From assembly GCA_045613585.1 (NCBI GenBank), contig JAZLBG010000107.1:10008-74007 (forward strand): DNA of 64,000 nucleotides. The letters run 5' to 3'. Below are positions 43,462-54,234 of the stretch, piece by piece. The position numbers were made by a program, and so were the translations under genes. The notes beneath the pieces were generated by a model that was not told the DNA's origin, did no database searches, and saw only the letters and a list, made by a program, of their open reading frames with translations. Every line of letters starts with the position of its first letter. The first letter of the stretch is position 1. The DNA comes from Candidatus Fimenecus sp. (GTDB lineage Bacteria > Bacillota > Clostridia > Oscillospirales > Acutalibacteraceae).

Positions 43462-45465
43462 TTATTTTTTTCTGATTTCAAACTCGAATCTTGCATTATC
43501 TTCATACCAGAGAGGGAAGTTTGTGCCCCACACATTGTTATAAAGAACAAAACTGAGTCCGTCTTGTTTTACATCTTCAAACTTATTATCAAACTCAAGA
43601 ATTTTACCCTTGCCAACTGACACAAGAGGGGAATGATAGTTGATAATTTCAAAGTTGCCCATTTCTATACTTTGTATAGCGTGAAGATTTCGGCTTCCGT
43701 TGTCTGCAACTTCACTTGGATTTACAACACATCCCAATTTTTTGAGCTGAACATCGTGGGTAGGGAAAATGTGCATATAAATTGCTTCAGTAAGTCTGTT
43801 AGCATCTTTCTGATACCAAGAAACATCTAATTTTAAACCATCTTCTGTTAGTGTGTAAATCACTTGAATAAGTCGGGGTGCACCAAGGTCATCACACAAA
43901 TTTTTGTCGCATATAAGGTTTACAATAATTTGAGATTTATCAGCACTCATTTTGTCAACTGAATAAGAGAATCTACCAGCTGGGTATTTGCCTTCAACAC
44001 GATTCATACCAGGTCTTGCAAAGTCGCCAAGTGCCCAAATAGCAGTATTTTCTAAATCTCTTGAATAGTGTGTAAGCCAGTATTTGTAATCTTCATTACA
44101 GAAAGAACGATAAGTGAAAACTGGCGCGTTATTATCTCTTATGATTTCTTCATTACCACATTTGAGTGAGCCAATACCACCATTTTTGTTGATTTTAAGC
44201 GACCATTTACCAACTTGAATTGAATTGACATTGTTTGCAGATATAGGCGTAGGGGAGTCAGGAATAAGTTTTGCAATTTGAGTTTTCGCAATCTGTTTAT
44301 GCTCACCACTTAAAGCGTCAATAGCAAGGTCAATATATGCTCTCTGTTCTGCCCAACTCTTTTCAATAACTGAATAGTAGCCACGTTTTCTTCGTCCATC
44401 AAAAAGACTTACAAGTGGAAGAATACTTTGTGGCATATCGCAGAAAAGATGACGGAATTTAACCTTGTCAGTCTTTCTTGCTTTATTAAAATCTTTTTTA
44501 AGATAATGTCCGTAATCAGAAAAATATGTTTTTGAATCCATACCGCAAGTATGCTCTGCAGTACAAAGAATAGCATCAACCAAATTCTTGTATTCTTGGG
44601 AATTTCGGTCAAGACTACCATCATTTAACCACTGGTTTTTAAGATTAATAAGCGTGCGAAGTGACGCAGATTTATATGGGTCTGTTGCGCTACCGTGAAT
44701 CCAAGTGTCACCCATTTCACCTTCGAATACAGGTAGTTTTTCACGGACTTGCCATATCACTTCTGCAAAGTCATCAATAGTGCCTGCAGTAACCTCATAA
44801 TCAGGGTATTCACTTTGAATTTTGTTAATTTTATCAAGAACTTTTTGTGGAGATGGTGCGCCATGATTATCAAGAGTATGGTCGAAATAAAGTACTTCGT
44901 CAACTAAATCACATTTAAACGCTCCGCCGTAATCACCAGAATAGATTACAACAACTTCGTCGTCACCATTTTTCCATACAAAACAAGGTGGTATATCAAC
45001 AAGGGCAGAAGCACCATTAACACCTATATGTAAAAGTTTAATTCCGCGTTTTGCTAAAATTGCAACAAGTCCTTTTGTGTGACCTGGTACGTCTGTCATT
45101 TTGGCTGATATTGTCTTTTTACCACGGATTTCATCAAGACCATCTACTATTGATAATCCATAATCAAGTGAATCTTCGTCAAGCAACTCTGTATGAGTTG
45201 TAAACGGCATAGCGTGAGGTACAATATTACCATCTTTAATAGCTTTTGTAAGTTTCTCTTTTTGTTGTGGATTTTTTAGTGTTTCTTTTAAAATCCAAGA
45301 GCCAGTAGTCCATACAAAATACTTTTTGTCATTAGTATTAACCTTTTCGGCAAGGTCAATAGCCTCGGGAATAAAAGTGTGTATGTATTTTTGTTTGATG
45401 TTTTCAGCATAATCTGTAAAGCCTAAATCAAGATGAGTTTTTGAAACAACAATAACTTTTTTCAT
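43462..45465 (-). CDS. Putative glycoside hydrolase (GH38-like / DUF5054-like)
   Basis: N-terminal VVSKTHLDLGFTD and the overall ~660-aa size. The family assignment is tentative and from memory. Confidence 0.4.
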   Translation of the reverse strand: MKKVIVVSKTHLDLGFTDYAENIKQKYIHTFIPEAIDLAEKVNTNDKKYFVWTTGSWILKETLKNPQQKEKLTKAIKDGNIVPHAMPFTTHTELLDEDSLDYGLSIVDGLDEIRGKKTISAKMTDVPGHTKGLVAILAKRGIKLLHIGVNGASALVDIPPCFVWKNGDDEVVVIYSGDYGGAFKCDLVDEVLYFDHTLDNHGAPSPQKVLDKINKIQSEYPDYEVTAGTIDDFAEVIWQVREKLPVFEGEMGDTWIHGSATDPYKSASLRTLINLKNQWLNDGSLDRNSQEYKNLVDAILCTAEHTCGMDSKTYFSDYGHYLKKDFNKARKTDKVKFRHLFCDMPQSILPLVSLFDGRRKRGYYSVIEKSWAEQRAYIDLAIDALSGEHKQIAKTQIAKLIPDSPTPISANNVNSIQVGKWSLKINKNGGIGSLKCGNEEIIRDNNAPVFTYRSFCNEDYKYWLTHYSRDLENTAIWALGDFARPGMNRVEGKYPAGRFSYSVDKMSADKSQIIVNLICDKNLCDDLGAPRLIQVIYTLTEDGLKLDVSWYQKDANRLTEAIYMHIFPTHDVQLKKLGCVVNPSEVADNGSRNLHAIQSIEMGNFEIINYHSPLVSVGKGKILEFDNKFEDVKQDGLSFVLYNNVWGTNFPLWYEDNARFEFEIRKK

Positions 45466-45703
45466 AGTGTACCTCTATATTTATTATGATTAAATTATAT
45501 ATACAGATGTATTGTAAGTCAAGCAACATAAGTATTATTTCTTGTACATAAAATAGTTGATTTTTATTTCGCTTTGGTGATATAATTGTTTTAATTTAAT
45601 CAGTTTGGTAATTTAGGTGGAATGACTGTGTTAGTAGAAAAAGACGGAAAACCTGTTGTCACACCTATTGAAGAATAATAAAAACTAAGCAACGAGGTAT
45701 AAT

Positions 45704-47551
45704 ATGAATTTTGGCGTTCAATTTAAAGTAAGAGGTGACGACTTTGGCGGTCACTTTATAAATGGCATTTCTATGGCAGACAGTGAAAGCGTATGGAAAT
45801 GCAAACTCGTTTCTTCTGACGATGAAAAAAATGTTTACGAGTCAGCGGACGGATATAAAATCACCGCTTATCACATAAAAAAAGGTGATGTTTTTGAGTG
45901 TTATACAGTTTTTGAAAACAATACAGAAAAAACTGTTGCGCTTGATATGATTTCATCATTTGCCATTACCGATATTGATGCCGATACATTACACAGAGCA
46001 ACGTCATTCTGGAGTGCTGAAGGCAAATTGCTTAGCCAGAAGCTTACAGAACTCAATATGGAGCGTTCTTGGAGCGGTCATGGTATAAGAATTGAAAAAT
46101 TCGGTCAAATCGGCTCTATGCCTGTTCGTAAGTGGTTTCCATTTGTTGCGGTTGAAAACAGTAAAACAAATAAGTTTATTGGTGTTCAACTTTATTGTCC
46201 TTCAAGCTGGCAGATTGAACTTTTCCGCCACAAAGAGCCATTGACATTACTCGGTGGTCTTGCAGATTTTGACTATGGACATTGGTTTAAAGAAGTTAAA
46301 CCAAATGAAAGTTTCACAACTCCAAAAGCAGTTGTTGCTATTGGGGATTCACTTAATAAAGTCTGCGATATATTAGTTAAGGCACAAAAACCTAACATAT
46401 CACCAGTCGATGAGGATTTGCCTGTTGTATTCAACGAGTATTGTACATCTTGGGGAAATCCTACAATTGAAAATCTCGAAAAAACCGCAAAAAAATTGCA
46501 GGGTAGTGGTGTTAAATATCTTGTAATGGACAGTGGTTGGTATAAGGAAGAAGATAAAAATTGGTGGGACACAATTGGCGACTGGAATGTGAGCAAAAAG
46601 CTTTTTCCTAATGGTCTTAAAGAAGTTAATGATATGATTAAGTCCTATGGTCTTATTCCTGGTATTTGGTTTGAAATGGAAAATGTTGCTCCACTTTCAC
46701 AGATTTATGGTGAAACTGACCATCTTCTTTCTCGTATGGGTGCTCCACTTAATGTTGCAGGTCATAGATTCCTTGATTTGCGTGATGAATGGTGCGTAAA
46801 TTATCTTGATGAAAAGGTAATTAAGCTTCTTCGTGACAGTGGTTATGGCTATCTTAAGGTTGACTACAACGAAAACATCGGTGTTGGCTGTGATGGTGCA
46901 GAAAGCCTTGGTGAAGGACTTCGTCAATATGTCCTCGCAAGTCAGAATTACTTCAAACGAATTAAAGAGCAGTTACCTGATTTGGTAATCGAAAATTGCG
47001 CAAGCGGTGGTCACAGACTTGAACCATCAACAATGGAACTTTGCTCACAGGCAAGTTTCTCCGACGCTCACGAATGTACAAGTATTCCGATTATTGCTGC
47101 CAATGTGCAGAGAATGATTAAACCAAGTCAAAGTCAGATTTGGGCGGTGCTTCGTGCTGAAGATGATGTTCACAGAATATATTACAGCCTTATTTCAGGC
47201 TTCTTGGGTCGTCTTTGCATTAGCGGTGAAATCTTTGATTTACCACAAGAAAACTGGCAGATTGCCCTTGATTGTGTAAAGTTCTATGATGAAATCAAGC
47301 ATATTATAAAAGATGGCTATACAAGTGTAATTGAATGTAATGTTGAAGATTACAATGACCCAGAAGGTTATCAAATTGTACTTCGTGAAACTGATAACGA
47401 AGCATTGCTTATTGTACACACGTTCAAAAACGGTGCAAACCCTCCTTTCGAAAGGATACTTGAAAATTGGAAAATTCAAAAGGAATTTGGCTCTGACCTT
47501 AATGCGGATTTCAGAGGCAAGGCATATTTGCTCGTAAAAGATAACAAATAA
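45704..47551 (+). CDS. Glycoside hydrolase family 36-like alpha-galactosidase
   Basis: YLVMDSGWY, LKVDYN and CASGGHR motifs. Confidence 0.7.
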   Translation: MNFGVQFKVRGDDFGGHFINGISMADSESVWKCKLVSSDDEKNVYESADGYKITAYHIKKGDVFECYTVFENNTEKTVALDMISSFAITDIDADTLHRATSFWSAEGKLLSQKLTELNMERSWSGHGIRIEKFGQIGSMPVRKWFPFVAVENSKTNKFIGVQLYCPSSWQIELFRHKEPLTLLGGLADFDYGHWFKEVKPNESFTTPKAVVAIGDSLNKVCDILVKAQKPNISPVDEDLPVVFNEYCTSWGNPTIENLEKTAKKLQGSGVKYLVMDSGWYKEEDKNWWDTIGDWNVSKKLFPNGLKEVNDMIKSYGLIPGIWFEMENVAPLSQIYGETDHLLSRMGAPLNVAGHRFLDLRDEWCVNYLDEKVIKLLRDSGYGYLKVDYNENIGVGCDGAESLGEGLRQYVLASQNYFKRIKEQLPDLVIENCASGGHRLEPSTMELCSQASFSDAHECTSIPIIAANVQRMIKPSQSQIWAVLRAEDDVHRIYYSLISGFLGRLCISGEIFDLPQENWQIALDCVKFYDEIKHIIKDGYTSVIECNVEDYNDPEGYQIVLRETDNEALLIVHTFKNGANPPFERILENWKIQKEFGSDLNADFRGKAYLLVKDNK

Positions 47552-47579
47552 AATGTTAGTTTAAATGGGTGATAGTATT

Positions 47580-49532
47580 ATGAATAATCTTATTATTAAA
47601 GAAAATGAATTACTTTTGATGCGCTACACAGAACTTATTCGCATTACGCCTTGTGGTAATAATGCAATTCGTTTTCAATCTTTCCCTGATTGTCAGGTTA
47701 TTGATGAAAATTATACTCTTATGCCACAAAAAGCAGATGCAAAAATTGAAGAGTTTGAAAATTATGTAACTCTCACTTGCGGCACATTAAAAGTTAAACT
47801 TGAACCTAACGGAAAACTCACATTTTTCGTGAATGACAAGAAAATCATAGAAGAAAAACCAGAGCTTACATTCAAAAGCAATTATCGTCATTTTGATAAT
47901 AAGGGTAGTGGGCTTTGGACTGCTCGTGTTATGTTTGAGCCAAACGAGAATGAGCATTTTTTTGGACTTGGTCATTCTTGGGACAACGAGTTTGACCTTA
48001 AAGGCTCATCAATTGACATTCGTAATGTGAATGCTAAATGTACAATCCCTTATGTTTATTCTTCATTAGGTTATGGATTTTTATGGAATAATCCATCAAC
48101 CGGTCTTTGCGAACTTTCAAATAATCGTACTCGTTGGAGTTGTGATTGTTGCAAGTTTATGGATTTTGTTGTTATGGCGGGTACTCCAAAAGAATGTTGC
48201 ACAACTCTTTCTGATTTAACTGGTTATGCGCCAAAAATGCCAGAATGGGCAACAGGATTTTGGCAGAGTAGACTTCGCTATGAAACACAAGAAGAACTTC
48301 TTTCAGTTGCTAGAAAATATAAAGAATTAGGAATTCCACTTTCTGCAATTATTGCTGATTATTTTCACTGGACTGAACAAGGTGACTACAAATTTGACCC
48401 TAAATATTGGCCAGATGTTAAGGCAATGACCGAAGAATTACATAGTATGAATACAAAACTTATTGTGTCAATGTGGCCTACAATCAACGGTGGTAGTGAA
48501 AATTATCACTATATGCGAAGCAATAATATGCTTATGCGAACAACCCGAGGGGCTGACCGAGTTTTCGATTTCTATGGTTGGCAAGGTGAGATTGATGTTA
48601 CAAATCCTGCAACAAGAGAATATGTCTGGAGCAAATTAAAAGAGAATTATATCGATAATGGTGTAGATGCTCTGTGGTTTGACGAGGCAGAGCCTGAAAT
48701 TCATCCAGAACATTTTGATAATCTTATATGGCACAAAGGTCGTGCCGATATGGTGGCGCTTTTATACCCATATTACTATTCAAAAATGGCGTATGATGGA
48801 TTTAAATCAATTGGCAGAGACGATATTATAACTCTCACTCGTTGTGCATATTTAGGTAGTCAAAAATTTGCCTCTCTTGTGTGGTCAGGTGATATTGAAT
48901 CTACATTTGAAAGCCTTTCACATCAAGTCAAGGCAGGACTCAATATGTCAATGTGCGGTATTCCTTGGTGGAATACAGATATTGGTGGATTTTATGGTGC
49001 TGACATAACAAGTGACTGTTTCAAAGAACTTATTGTTCGTTGGTTCCAGTTTGGACTTTTCAGTCCTGTTATGCGACTTCATGGTTCAAGAAATCGTCAT
49101 TTTGAGCCAACTCCAGGACTTAAAGAGCCAAGTGGTGACCCTAATGAAATCTGGAGTTTTGGCGAAGAAAACTTTGAAATCCTTAAAAATCTTATTTTTA
49201 TCCGAGAAAAATTAAGACCATATATACAAAGTCAAATGGATGTTGCAAGTGAAAAAGGTTATCCTGTAATTCGCCCAATGTTTTTTGAATATCCTGATGA
49301 CGAAATTTGCTATACTCTTGATAGTCAATATATGTTTGGTAGCGATATTATCTTTGCACCTATCGTAAACCAAGGACAAATCACAAAAACAGTCTATATT
49401 CCTGGTGGAGAATGGGTGCTTACAAAAGATAAAAAAGTTTATACTAAAGGAACGTATGAAATCACAGCAAACATTGACGAGTTTATTGCATTTGTTAAAT
49501 TGGGCTCAGATGTAATTAATTGCTTCGAGTAA
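47580..49532 (+). CDS. Glycoside hydrolase family 31 (alpha-glucosidase / alpha-xylosidase type)
   Basis: ALWFDEAEPE (nucleophile region) and VWSGDIEST (WxGD signature). The start could be 47565, but only 47580 has a GGTGA RBS. Confidence 0.75.
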   Translation: MNNLIIKENELLLMRYTELIRITPCGNNAIRFQSFPDCQVIDENYTLMPQKADAKIEEFENYVTLTCGTLKVKLEPNGKLTFFVNDKKIIEEKPELTFKSNYRHFDNKGSGLWTARVMFEPNENEHFFGLGHSWDNEFDLKGSSIDIRNVNAKCTIPYVYSSLGYGFLWNNPSTGLCELSNNRTRWSCDCCKFMDFVVMAGTPKECCTTLSDLTGYAPKMPEWATGFWQSRLRYETQEELLSVARKYKELGIPLSAIIADYFHWTEQGDYKFDPKYWPDVKAMTEELHSMNTKLIVSMWPTINGGSENYHYMRSNNMLMRTTRGADRVFDFYGWQGEIDVTNPATREYVWSKLKENYIDNGVDALWFDEAEPEIHPEHFDNLIWHKGRADMVALLYPYYYSKMAYDGFKSIGRDDIITLTRCAYLGSQKFASLVWSGDIESTFESLSHQVKAGLNMSMCGIPWWNTDIGGFYGADITSDCFKELIVRWFQFGLFSPVMRLHGSRNRHFEPTPGLKEPSGDPNEIWSFGEENFEILKNLIFIREKLRPYIQSQMDVASEKGYPVIRPMFFEYPDDEICYTLDSQYMFGSDIIFAPIVNQGQITKTVYIPGGEWVLTKDKKVYTKGTYEITANIDEFIAFVKLGSDVINCFE

Positions 49533-49600
49533 AGATTATATAGTATATTAAACCATAAAAAAGCCTTGGAATAATCCAAGGCTTTAACTATTGATTATGT

Positions 49601-50185
49601 CTATACTCGTTTTTTCATAAGTCCGTGTTTGTTGCAATAGATGTAAAGATACCCTTTTCCACGAAACTGTATTCTTGTTTCAGCATTGCCTTCAGGGTAA
49701 AGTTTTACAAAATGAATTTTATCTGATATTACATAAGCAATAAACGAAATATAATGATTTTTTGTCATAGGGTGATTAATGGTAATAAATTTTTCATCTT
49801 CTGTATTTTCTATAGTTATAATATGCTCATTGTCAGGTTCTTCAGTTTCAAGTGGTGGTAAAGATATTCCACAACAACTGATAACAGTTTCGCCCGTTGT
49901 ATGAATAACATTTCCACATACAGGGCAAACATAAAACTTTGAAAAAAGCATATTTGAAGATATATTTTTATTTACAACTGGTTCACCTGACATAAGTTCC
50001 ATTACCGAAACAGAAAGTGCTTGACTTAAGGCTTCTACAAGTGAAATATCAGGTAACCCCTTTGCCGTTTCCCATTTCGAAACGGCTTTACTGCTTACAC
50101 CAATCTTTTCTGCAAGTTGTGTTTGAGTAATACCTTTTGCTTCACGAAGCTTTTTTATTGTAGCACCAGTTATATATGTGTTCAT
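49601..50185 (-). CDS. XRE-family HTH protein fused to a zinc-ribbon / desulfoferrodoxin-like domain
   Basis: N-terminal HTH_3 (IKKLREAKGITQTQLAEKIGVSSKAVSKWE). CPVCGN...CCG and HPMTKNHYISFI. Confidence 0.6.
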   Translation of the reverse strand: MNTYITGATIKKLREAKGITQTQLAEKIGVSSKAVSKWETAKGLPDISLVEALSQALSVSVMELMSGEPVVNKNISSNMLFSKFYVCPVCGNVIHTTGETVISCCGISLPPLETEEPDNEHIITIENTEDEKFITINHPMTKNHYISFIAYVISDKIHFVKLYPEGNAETRIQFRGKGYLYIYCNKHGLMKKRV

Positions 50186-50331
50186 TATTAATGACTCCTT
50201 TTATTTATAAAAATATTATAACTTTACTGTAGTTATTTTGCAACCTATGTTTCGTAGAAAAAAAGATTGATTGACAAAGTAAGAAATGATATAATCAAAC
50301 TATATTCTACAAGTTTTTAGGATGTGGTGGT

Positions 50332-50745
50332 ATGTGGTTTATTCTCGCATTGTTGTCTGCAGTTTTTGCGGCACTTACGTCAATTCTTGCGAAAGTAGGT
50401 ATTGATGGTGTTAATTCTAATCTGGCAACTGCTATACGAACAGTTGTGGTAGTTATTATGTCTTGGGGTATGGTGTTTATTACCAATGCCCAGGGCGGAT
50501 TAAGTGATATCAGTCGAAAAAGCTGGTTGTTTTTGATTTTATCAGGTCTGGCAACAGGTGCATCTTGGCTTTGTTATTATAAAGCATTACAGTTAGGCGA
50601 TGCATCAAAGGTAGTGCCTATTGATAAATTAAGCGTAGTTATAACACTTGTGTTGGCTTTTGTATTCTTACACGAGCAATTTACATTAAAATCTTTAATC
50701 GGATGTGTTTTAATTGGTCTTGGCACATTGATTATGGTGCTTTAA
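50332..50745 (+). CDS. EamA-like small DMT-superfamily transporter
   Basis: 137 aa with four TM helices, including the typical SILAKVG and YYKALQ segments. Confidence 0.65.
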   Translation: MWFILALLSAVFAALTSILAKVGIDGVNSNLATAIRTVVVVIMSWGMVFITNAQGGLSDISRKSWLFLILSGLATGASWLCYYKALQLGDASKVVPIDKLSVVITLVLAFVFLHEQFTLKSLIGCVLIGLGTLIMVL

Positions 50746-50759
50746 AAGGGAGAAGAATT

Positions 50760-51671
50760 ATGTATAAAATAGAACTTGGTAAAACTGGGTTACAAGTGCC
50801 AACGATTGCAGTTGGTTGTATGCGAATTAGTGATATGAGTGAAAAGCAGGTGTCGGCTTTTGTTGATACAGCATTAGAAAATAATGCGAACTTTTTTGAC
50901 CATGCTGATATTTATGGCGGTGGCAAAAGTGAAGAGGTTTTTGGCAAAGTAATCACACCATCAATGCGTGAAAACATTTTCATTCAAACAAAATGCGGTA
51001 TTCGTCAAGGTCAGTTTGATTTTTCTTATGACCATATCGTAAATTCAGTTGATGGTAGTTTAAAGCGTCTTGGCACAGAATATATTGATGTTTTACTTCT
51101 TCACAGACCTGATGCACTTATGGAGCCTGAAGAAGTTGCAAAGGCATTTGATTATTTGAAAATATCAGGTAAAGTACGTAATTTTGGCGTTTCTAACCAA
51201 AATCCATATCAAATGCAACTTTTACAGAACTCACTTGATATGTCAATCTGTGCAAATCAGTTGCAATTTGGTGTAATGCATACTCCAATGATTCAATCAG
51301 GAATTAATGTGAATATGTATAATGAATCAGGTATTAATCGTGATGATAGTGTTTTAGATTATTGCCGACTTAACAAAATTACCATTCAACCTTGGTCGCC
51401 AATGCAATATGGATTTTTTGAAGGTTGCTTTATAGATAATCCCAAATTTCCTGAACTTAATAAAGTACTTGAAAACATTGGCAATAAATATGGCGTTTCA
51501 AAAACTACTATGGCTTTTGCTTGGATTCTTCGTCACCCTGCAAAAATGCAACCTGTAACAGGCACTACAAATCTTGCACGCCTTGCAGATTGTTTAAAGG
51601 CAAGTGAAATCAATATCACTCGTGAAGAATGGTATGAAATTTATCGTGCAGCAGGTAATAAACTTCCATAA
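50760..51671 (+). CDS. Aldo/keto reductase
   Basis: LGKTGLQV..IAVGCMRI, FFDHADIYG, LLLHRPD. ATG 50760 follows an AAGGGAG RBS. Confidence 0.8.
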   Translation: MYKIELGKTGLQVPTIAVGCMRISDMSEKQVSAFVDTALENNANFFDHADIYGGGKSEEVFGKVITPSMRENIFIQTKCGIRQGQFDFSYDHIVNSVDGSLKRLGTEYIDVLLLHRPDALMEPEEVAKAFDYLKISGKVRNFGVSNQNPYQMQLLQNSLDMSICANQLQFGVMHTPMIQSGINVNMYNESGINRDDSVLDYCRLNKITIQPWSPMQYGFFEGCFIDNPKFPELNKVLENIGNKYGVSKTTMAFAWILRHPAKMQPVTGTTNLARLADCLKASEINITREEWYEIYRAAGNKLP

Positions 51672-51682
51672 GGAGAATTTTT

Positions 51683-52657
51683 ATGAATAAATTTCGTTGG
51701 TGCTTTATAGGTGCAGGTAGTCTTGCAAAAACAGTAGCATTTCAACTTAATAGAAGTGGTCGTCACGAAATAGTGTCGTGTTATACACGAAATTATGAAA
51801 AAGGTGTTGCATTTGCCAAGAAATTCGGTGGTAAAGCATATAAAACTCCTGAAGAAGCAATTGTAGCAGAAGATGTAGATGGTGTTTATATCGTAACTCC
51901 GCACAATGCTCATTATCGTTATGCAAAACAAGCATTAGAGTTAGGTAAGCCTGTATTCTGTGAGAAATCCTTTACAGTAACAGCAGAAGAAACTGACCAG
52001 CTGATTGCCCTTGCAAAAGAAAAAGATTTATATCTTTGTGAAGCAATGTGGACTTGGTTTTCTGCTTCTGCAAATCAAACAAAAAAATGGATTGACGAGG
52101 ATAAACTTGGCGAAATTTATTCAGCGGATTTTACATACCATGTGAATATCATAAATGGTGCAGAGCGTGTGCGTGACCCTAAAAGGGCAGGTGGAGCGTT
52201 GCTTGATATTACAATTTACCCAATAACCTATGCTTATCGTCTTTGGGGTATTCCACAAAAAATTGAAACTCAAGCTAATGTTCAAAATGGTATTGATATA
52301 AGTGAAGAAATAGTGTTTACTTATCCTGATTTCAAAGTGAATATCAGTGCATCAATAGCCGATTTTAACGGATTTGAAAAAATGTCAATCAAAGGTGAGA
52401 ATGGCGAAATCAAAGCTACTCTTTACCATGCTATGAATGGTGTGACATTCAAAAAATCTCTTTTCAAGAAAGAAAAGTTTAAGGGGAAGGGACCTAAAAT
52501 GATTTCTTATGTTGAAGAGTTTGATTCAGTTGCAAATGATATTAGAAACGGATTAAAAGAAAGCTTTATGGTGCCACTAAAAGCCACATCAGATGTTATG
52601 CATCTTCTTGACCAAATCCGTGCACAAATGGGACTTGATTACAATAATCTTGAATAG
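51683..52657 (+). CDS. Gfo/Idh/MocA-family oxidoreductase
   Basis: N-terminal Rossmann fold (RWCFIGAGSLA), plus the EKSF/EKP-type motif and the family's usual size. Confidence 0.7.
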   Translation: MNKFRWCFIGAGSLAKTVAFQLNRSGRHEIVSCYTRNYEKGVAFAKKFGGKAYKTPEEAIVAEDVDGVYIVTPHNAHYRYAKQALELGKPVFCEKSFTVTAEETDQLIALAKEKDLYLCEAMWTWFSASANQTKKWIDEDKLGEIYSADFTYHVNIINGAERVRDPKRAGGALLDITIYPITYAYRLWGIPQKIETQANVQNGIDISEEIVFTYPDFKVNISASIADFNGFEKMSIKGENGEIKATLYHAMNGVTFKKSLFKKEKFKGKGPKMISYVEEFDSVANDIRNGLKESFMVPLKATSDVMHLLDQIRAQMGLDYNNLE

Positions 52658-52736
52658 ATAAATCATTAAATTATTAAAAATTTCTTGACTTTGACGTTGC
52701 GTCATAGTGTATACTCCTGTTGGTGAGGTGATAATT

Positions 52737-53465
52737 ATGAAAATGCATATTAACGAATTAGCCAAGCTTGCAGGTGTCAGTGTACGCACACTGCATTATT
52801 ACGATGAAATCGGACTTTTGAAACCTGCCAATGTTGACGAACAAAATGGTTACCGATTCTACGATGAAAACTCACTTCTTCGTATGCAAGAGATTCTCTT
52901 TTATCGTGAGCTTGATTTTTCGCTAAAAAGCATTATAGAAATTTTATCATCTCCCGATTATGATAAACAAAAGGCACTTACTGAGCAGAAAAAACTGTTA
53001 ATCCTTAAAAAAGAGCGATTAGAAAGGATTATTTCTGCCATTGACAGTGCAGAGAAAGGAGAAACAACTGCTATGAAAGCATTTGACAACACCGAATTTG
53101 AAAACTACAAAGAAGAAGTAAAAGAAAAGTGGGGACAAACCTCAGCCTATAAAGAATATTCTCAAAAAACAAAGGGTTATTCAAAAGACAATTTCAATGC
53201 AATGGGTGTGGGGCTAGAGAGTCTTCTCGAAGACTTTGCAGTTTGTATGAATAGTGGCGCAAGTGTAGATTCAACTGATGCACAAAACCTTGTGAGGAAA
53301 TTACAATGTTATATAACCGAAAACTTCTATACTTGTACAAACGAGATTCTAGCAGGTCTTGGTCAAATGTATGTTGCTGACGAAAGATTTAAGAATAATA
53401 TAGATAAACACTCTGTTGGTACAGCAGAGTTTATAAGCAAAGCAATTAAATATTATTGTAAATAA
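52737..53465 (+). CDS. MerR-family regulator with a TipAS-like C-terminal domain
   Basis: INELAKLAGVSVRTLHYYDEIGLLKP. GGTGAGGTGA RBS. Confidence 0.8.
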   Translation: MKMHINELAKLAGVSVRTLHYYDEIGLLKPANVDEQNGYRFYDENSLLRMQEILFYRELDFSLKSIIEILSSPDYDKQKALTEQKKLLILKKERLERIISAIDSAEKGETTAMKAFDNTEFENYKEEVKEKWGQTSAYKEYSQKTKGYSKDNFNAMGVGLESLLEDFAVCMNSGASVDSTDAQNLVRKLQCYITENFYTCTNEILAGLGQMYVADERFKNNIDKHSVGTAEFISKAIKYYCK

Positions 53466-53477
53466 GTTGGTGATATT

Positions 53478-54224
53478 ATGATTTTGTATTTTAGTGGTAC
53501 TGGTAATAGCCGTTATGTAGCAGAGCAAATTGCTAAAATCACAAATGACGAATTGGTAAGTATCAATAATAAGTTGAAAACTAACGATACAAGCAAAATA
53601 ACCATAAATGATAAGCTGATTTTTGTTGTGCCAACTTACGCTTGGCGTATTCCTAAAATAATTCGTGATTGGATTATTAAAACGAATTTCATAGGGGCAA
53701 AAAACACTTGGTTTGTAATGACTTGTGGCAGTGAAATTGGTAATGCAGAAAAATATAATAAGCAACTCTGTCAGATTAAAAACTTTACTTATATGGGTAC
53801 ATCTGGTGTTGTAATGCCTGAAAACTATATTATTATGTTCAATTCACCAAACAAGGACGAAATCGAAAAAATCTTTACTAAAGCAGATGTTGAAATAACA
53901 AAGATTGCAAATCGAATAAAAGAAAATAAGCCATTCAATACACCGCAAAATAAATTACAAGACAAGTTTATGAGTGGCCCTGTAAATATGCTTTTTTACC
54001 CAATGTATGTAAAAGCAAAAGGGTTTATTGCAGATGATAAATGCACAAACTGTGGTAAGTGTGTGAAAGTCTGTCCTCTTAATAATATTGAGATAAAAAA
54101 CAATAAACCTATGTGGAATAAAAACTGCACTCATTGTCTTGCATGTATTTCATATTGTCCGACTAACGCTATTGAATATGGCAAAAAAACAGTTGGTAAG
54201 CAAAGATACAAATGTGAAAGATAA
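53478..54224 (+). CDS. Flavodoxin-like plus 2x[4Fe-4S] ferredoxin-domain protein (EFR1-like)
   Basis: MILYFSGTGNSRYVA, CTNCGKCVKVCP, CTHCLACISYCP. Confidence 0.7.
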   Translation: MILYFSGTGNSRYVAEQIAKITNDELVSINNKLKTNDTSKITINDKLIFVVPTYAWRIPKIIRDWIIKTNFIGAKNTWFVMTCGSEIGNAEKYNKQLCQIKNFTYMGTSGVVMPENYIIMFNSPNKDEIEKIFTKADVEITKIANRIKENKPFNTPQNKLQDKFMSGPVNMLFYPMYVKAKGFIADDKCTNCGKCVKVCPLNNIEIKNNKPMWNKNCTHCLACISYCPTNAIEYGKKTVGKQRYKCER

Positions 54225-54234
54225 AGGTGAATTT